Assembly (NCBI RefSeq): GCF_001194135.2
Contig: NC_068988.1
Coordinates: 83,183,810 to 83,220,399 of the forward strand
DNA from: Octopus bimaculoides
Taxonomy: Eukaryota
DNA: 36,590 nt
Direction of reading: 5' to 3'
Shown here: piece by piece, positions 32,906-36,590 of the stretch
How positions within the stretch are numbered: the first letter of the stretch is position 1
Layout: each line of letters opens with the position of its first letter
Made by a program: the position numbers and the translations under genes
Notes under the pieces: generated by a model
Database searches by the model: none
What the model was told of the DNA's origin: nothing
The model's input: only the letters and a program-made list of their open reading frames with translations

Positions 32906-33610
32906 NNNNNNNNNNNNNNNNNNNNNNNNNNNNNNNNNNNNNNNNNNNNNNNNNNNNNNNNNNNNNNNNNNNNNNNNNNNNNNNNNNNNNNNNNNNNNNN
33001 NNNNNNNNNNNNNNNNNNNNNNNNNNNNNNNNNNNNNNNNNNNNNNNNNNNNNNNNNNNNNNNNNNNNNNNNNNNNNNNNNNNNNNNNNNNNNNNNNNNN
33101 NNNNNNNNNNNNNNNNNNNNNNNNNNNNNNNNNNNNNNNNNNNNNNNNNNNNNNNNNNNNNNNNNNNNNNNNNNNNNNNNNNNNNNNNNNNNNNNNNNNN
33201 NNNNNNNNNNNNNNNNNNNNNNNNNNNNNNNNNNNNNNNNNNNNNNNNNNNNNNNNNNNNNNNNNNNNNNNNNNNNNNNNNNNNNNNNNNNNNNNNNNNN
33301 NNNNNNNNNNNNNNNNNNNNNNNNNNNNNNNNNNNNNNNNNNNNNNNNNNNNNNNNNNNNNNNNNNNNNNNNNNNNNNNNNNNNNNNNNNNNNNNNNNNN
33401 NNNNNNNNNNNNNNNNNNNNNNNNNNNNNNNNNNNNNNNNNNNNNNNNNNNNNNNNNNNNNNNNNNNNNNNNNNNNNNNNNNNNNNNNNNNNNNNNNNNN
33501 NNNNNNNNNNNNNNNNNNNNNNNNNNNNNNNNNNNNNNNNNNNNNNNNNNNNNNNNNNNNNNNNNNNNNNNNNNNNNNNNNNNNNNNNNNNNNNNNNNNN
33601 NNNNNNNNNN

Positions 33611-33658
<48 letters not shown>

Positions 33659-34304
33659 TGCCTAAACATCAGAAACAAAATTTTTAGTCCATGCCCACGT
33701 GAGAAGGTACATTTGGCTTACTTACAGGTCCTACCATGATTATAAACACTCAGATCACCATCATTGGTCATACCACCATCACATCCTGAGATGTATCTGC
33801 ACGTGTACCCAAACATCAAGTTAAAGCTCTTGGCACTCACTCTTTTCCTCCATCCCAAAATTCCCTACATAGATACCAACACTACACACATTTGAACCCC
33901 TTCAAGCACCCCTTACACATAGATTTACTGTCCAGACACTTGATGCACATCAATTTGGTTAGATTTTTTTAAGGGGGCAAAGGGACATAATGTTTGATAA
34001 GTCCTTCACTTATTTGTCTCGTTTCATCTCTTTCAAAATACCCACAAACCAGATGAGACAATTCCTCTCACCTCCAATAACAGAGAGCAGTGACAATATA
34101 TTTTTTCCAGATTTACCAACCCTAAAAAGCCTGTGTATTAGATAACTGTCACATTATCTAAAATCCAGTATGAAACTGATTGATAAAATTAGCTGTAATG
34201 GACCTACAGTACAATATGCTTCAATTAATATACCCCCTCTATAGACAAATATATGAACACCTATTTTCACTGACTTACATATTCTTAATCGAATATATAT
34301 ATAC

Positions 34305-34738
34305 AGGTGTGTAGGAGTGGCTGTGTAGTAAGTAGCTTGCTTACCAACCACATGGTTCCAGGTTCAGTCCCACTACGTGGCACCTTGGGCAAGTGTCTTC
34401 TACTATAGCCTTGGGTAGACCAAAGCCTTGTGAGTGGATCTGGTAGACCAAAACTGGAAGCCCATTGTATGTATGTATGTATGTATGTATGTATGTATGT
34501 ATGTATGCATGTATGTGTGTGAGTATGTGTGTGTGTGTGTGTGCGTGTGTTTGTTCCCCCACCATCGCTTGACAACTGATGTTGGTGTGTCTACGTCCCC
34601 GTAACTTAGCGGTTCGGCAAAACTGACCGATAGAAAAAGTACAGGCTTACAAAAAAATAAATCCCGGGGTCGATCTGTGCGACTAAAGGCGGTGCTCCAG
34701 CATGGCTGCAGTCAAATTCCTGAAACAAATAAAAGAAT
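34305..34738 (+). mobile_element. Full-length tRNA-derived CORE-type SINE with internal (TATG)n(TG)n
   Basis: Colinear with 26326-27120. Confidence 0.88.
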
Positions 34739-34739
34739 A

Positions 34740-35645
34740 CATACATGTATGTATGTATGTATGTATGCATGGATGCATGTATGTATGTATGTATATTTAC
34801 ATACATATTCGTGTGTGCGTGTTGACATGTGTGTAGATATGTATGTTAGTGAGTACGTACGTTACGTATGTATGCATACATACAGGCATACATACATACA
34901 TACATACATACATACAAGTTGTTTGAGACAGACAAGCAAAAGTATGTGACACCATTATTTGACCTATATATAAATGTCAATATGTGTGTATGTGCACATG
35001 TCTGTATGCATATGTGGAAGTGTATACATTCATATATACATAGGACATACATACATTACATATGGTATACCTACACAAATGTGTCCCCTGACTTTAATTC
35101 CTAATAACTTTGTTGTGAAACATTTGGGGGGGGGGGCAGAAATGTTTGGGACCCGACTTTGTCTCATCATAACTTTCAGAAAATGCAATTTTCTGCTAAT
35201 TCGTTTCAAATGATGTAGCTTACAATTATATCAAAATTTGATGCACAAATACTTGGTGGGAGTAAACACTTACATACTGATACGTATCATACGTCAACAA
35301 AATAAACTTGAAATTTTGTAAAAATTATATGATGTCTGATCAAAATGTATGTGTGCATTCTCACGTTTCTTTTTCTCACATAACCATAATCTACACCATC
35401 TAGAAGATACTTGTAGAAAATTTCATTCAAAAATACCCAAATTAGGTGGGTGGTGGGGTGGCACACTATGTATGTATGTATGTATGTATGATGTATGTAT
35501 GTATGCATGCATGCATGTATGTATGTAGAGTGAGAGAAAGAGAGAGAGAGATACATACATACATGCAAACAGATGCATACATACATCTGTGTGTATGAAT
35601 GTGACAGACAGAAAGACAGACAGATAGATACATACATACATACCT
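34740..35645. repeat. Dense (TATG)n/(TACA)n/(GA)n microsatellite field
   Basis: Directly visible. Confidence 0.85.
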
Positions 35646-36106
35646 TATGCCTGTTAAAATCACGACTCGAAAACTTCGATTATCTTTAACTTTCTCAGTC
35701 TCCTTAACTGAACGAAGTGAAATATTAATGTTCAATTAAATAGTTTCTAGCATAGGTACAAGGCCCAGTAAGTTATAGCAAGGGGAACAAGTCAATGCTT
35801 AAATATATACTATATTTTTAACATCTTCAGTAAAACAATTCACAATTACAAGGAATCTTTCGAGGGACGCAACTCTGCCATCATGACAGCTTTTCATGTT
35901 CTAATATTAATATAACGTGAACTTTTATGGTTGACTAGATGTCTCTTTACTGCGGGTTTTGTTCTTAGTAAAGTTCAATTACATGACAGAATGTCTGAAA
36001 CTGTTGATCTGTTCATTAATTGATGCATAGCATGTGGATCTTACCTGTAGCTGTGACAGATTTTGAAATTAAGAGAAAATTTTCAAATATGTTATATTGA
36101 TACATA

Positions 36107-36189
36107 TGGCGTAGTGGTTAAGAGCGCGGGCTACTAACCCCAAGATTCCGAGTTCGATTCACGGCAGCGATCTGATTAATAATAGTAAT
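36107..36189 (+). mobile_element. Short tRNA-derived SINE or tRNA pseudogene with (TAA)n-like tail
   Basis: A-box TGGCGTAGTGGTTAAGAGC, B-box GAGTTCGATTC, no good acceptor stem, tail attaataatagtaataata. Confidence 0.7.
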
Positions 36190-36590
36190 AATAGAAAACT
36201 ATTATAAAATAATAGAAAACTATTATAAAATAACCACCATAGGACTGCAAAAATACCTACTCCAGAAGCAAGGAAAATTAATACAAATAGCCACAAAACA
36301 CGAGCAAAACAAAAAACTGTTTTCAGTATTTAAGGAAGCTGACAAATACAAACAAGAAATCAATCTACCTAACAAATACGAAGAAGAAGAAGAAGAAGAA
36401 GAACAAACAACAAAAGCTATAAAACAAATGAAATCCAAACTAAAACTAGAACAGCAACGGACCATGATAAAACGATGGCAAGAAAAGCCCCTACATGGTA
36501 AATACTGGGCTAAACTAAATGCGAAAGAAATAGACAGAGAAAATCCCAGCAATGGCTGAGAAGCTCAGGACTCAAAGCAGAGACTGAAGG
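36190..36590 (+). mobile_element. 5'-truncated R4/Dong-type non-LTR retrotransposon running off the window end
   Basis: ...RWQEKPLHGKYWAKLNAKEIDREK(fs)QQWLRSSGLKAETE; colinear with the reverse complement of 22050-22320. Confidence 0.85.

Larger units (their letters stand above)
8797..33610. other. Assembly gaps: 8797-8820, 12692-12729, 14819-14903, 17495-17595, 19748-20358, 26534-26878, 29312-29693, 32906-33610
   Basis: N runs, most flanked by microsatellites or young RTE ends. Confidence 0.99.

Noticed and set aside
19702-33739. Long ORFs such as 19702..20367, 26299..26991, 29262..29723 and 32662..33739
   Set aside because: They are open only because they run through N gaps and microsatellites.
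36107-36175. Possible functional tRNA gene (ACT anticodon)
   Set aside because: No convincing acceptor stem, an unusual anticodon, no long variable arm for Ser, and a (TAA)n tail; better explained as a SINE.

Overview
Eukaryotic, AT-rich, microsatellite- and transposon-dense draft scaffold with 8 N-gaps. The repeat landscape (RTE LINEs with (GAT)n tails, tRNA/CORE- and Nin-type SINEs, TTAGGG repeats) suggests a coleoid cephalopod such as Octopus; this is inference. The only host genes are two cytosolic sulfotransferase (SULT) paralogs in tail-to-tail inverted orientation. The minus-strand gene is complete, with 5 coding exons (32548-32383, 27875-27552, 19675-19572, 19404-19239, 18049-17940; 870 nt, 289 aa). 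The plus-strand copy shows only exons 3-5 (8643-8746, 8940-9105, 13980-14089). The paralogs are nearly identical across exon 3 and the first half of exon 4, while their introns are roughly 70-80% identical. They differ at 11 of 26 codons in the substrate-gating loop before RKGxxGDW, which suggests gene conversion plus local functional diversification. The remainder is TE debris: RTE, R4/Dong-type RLE LINEs, Tx1/L1, Ty3/Gypsy, Penelope and Chapaev3. It also includes a Merlin-like foldback MITE with a telomere-repeat core and an inverted pair of Penelope-type hammerhead-like motifs. No prokaryotic-type system, CRISPR array or rRNA is present.
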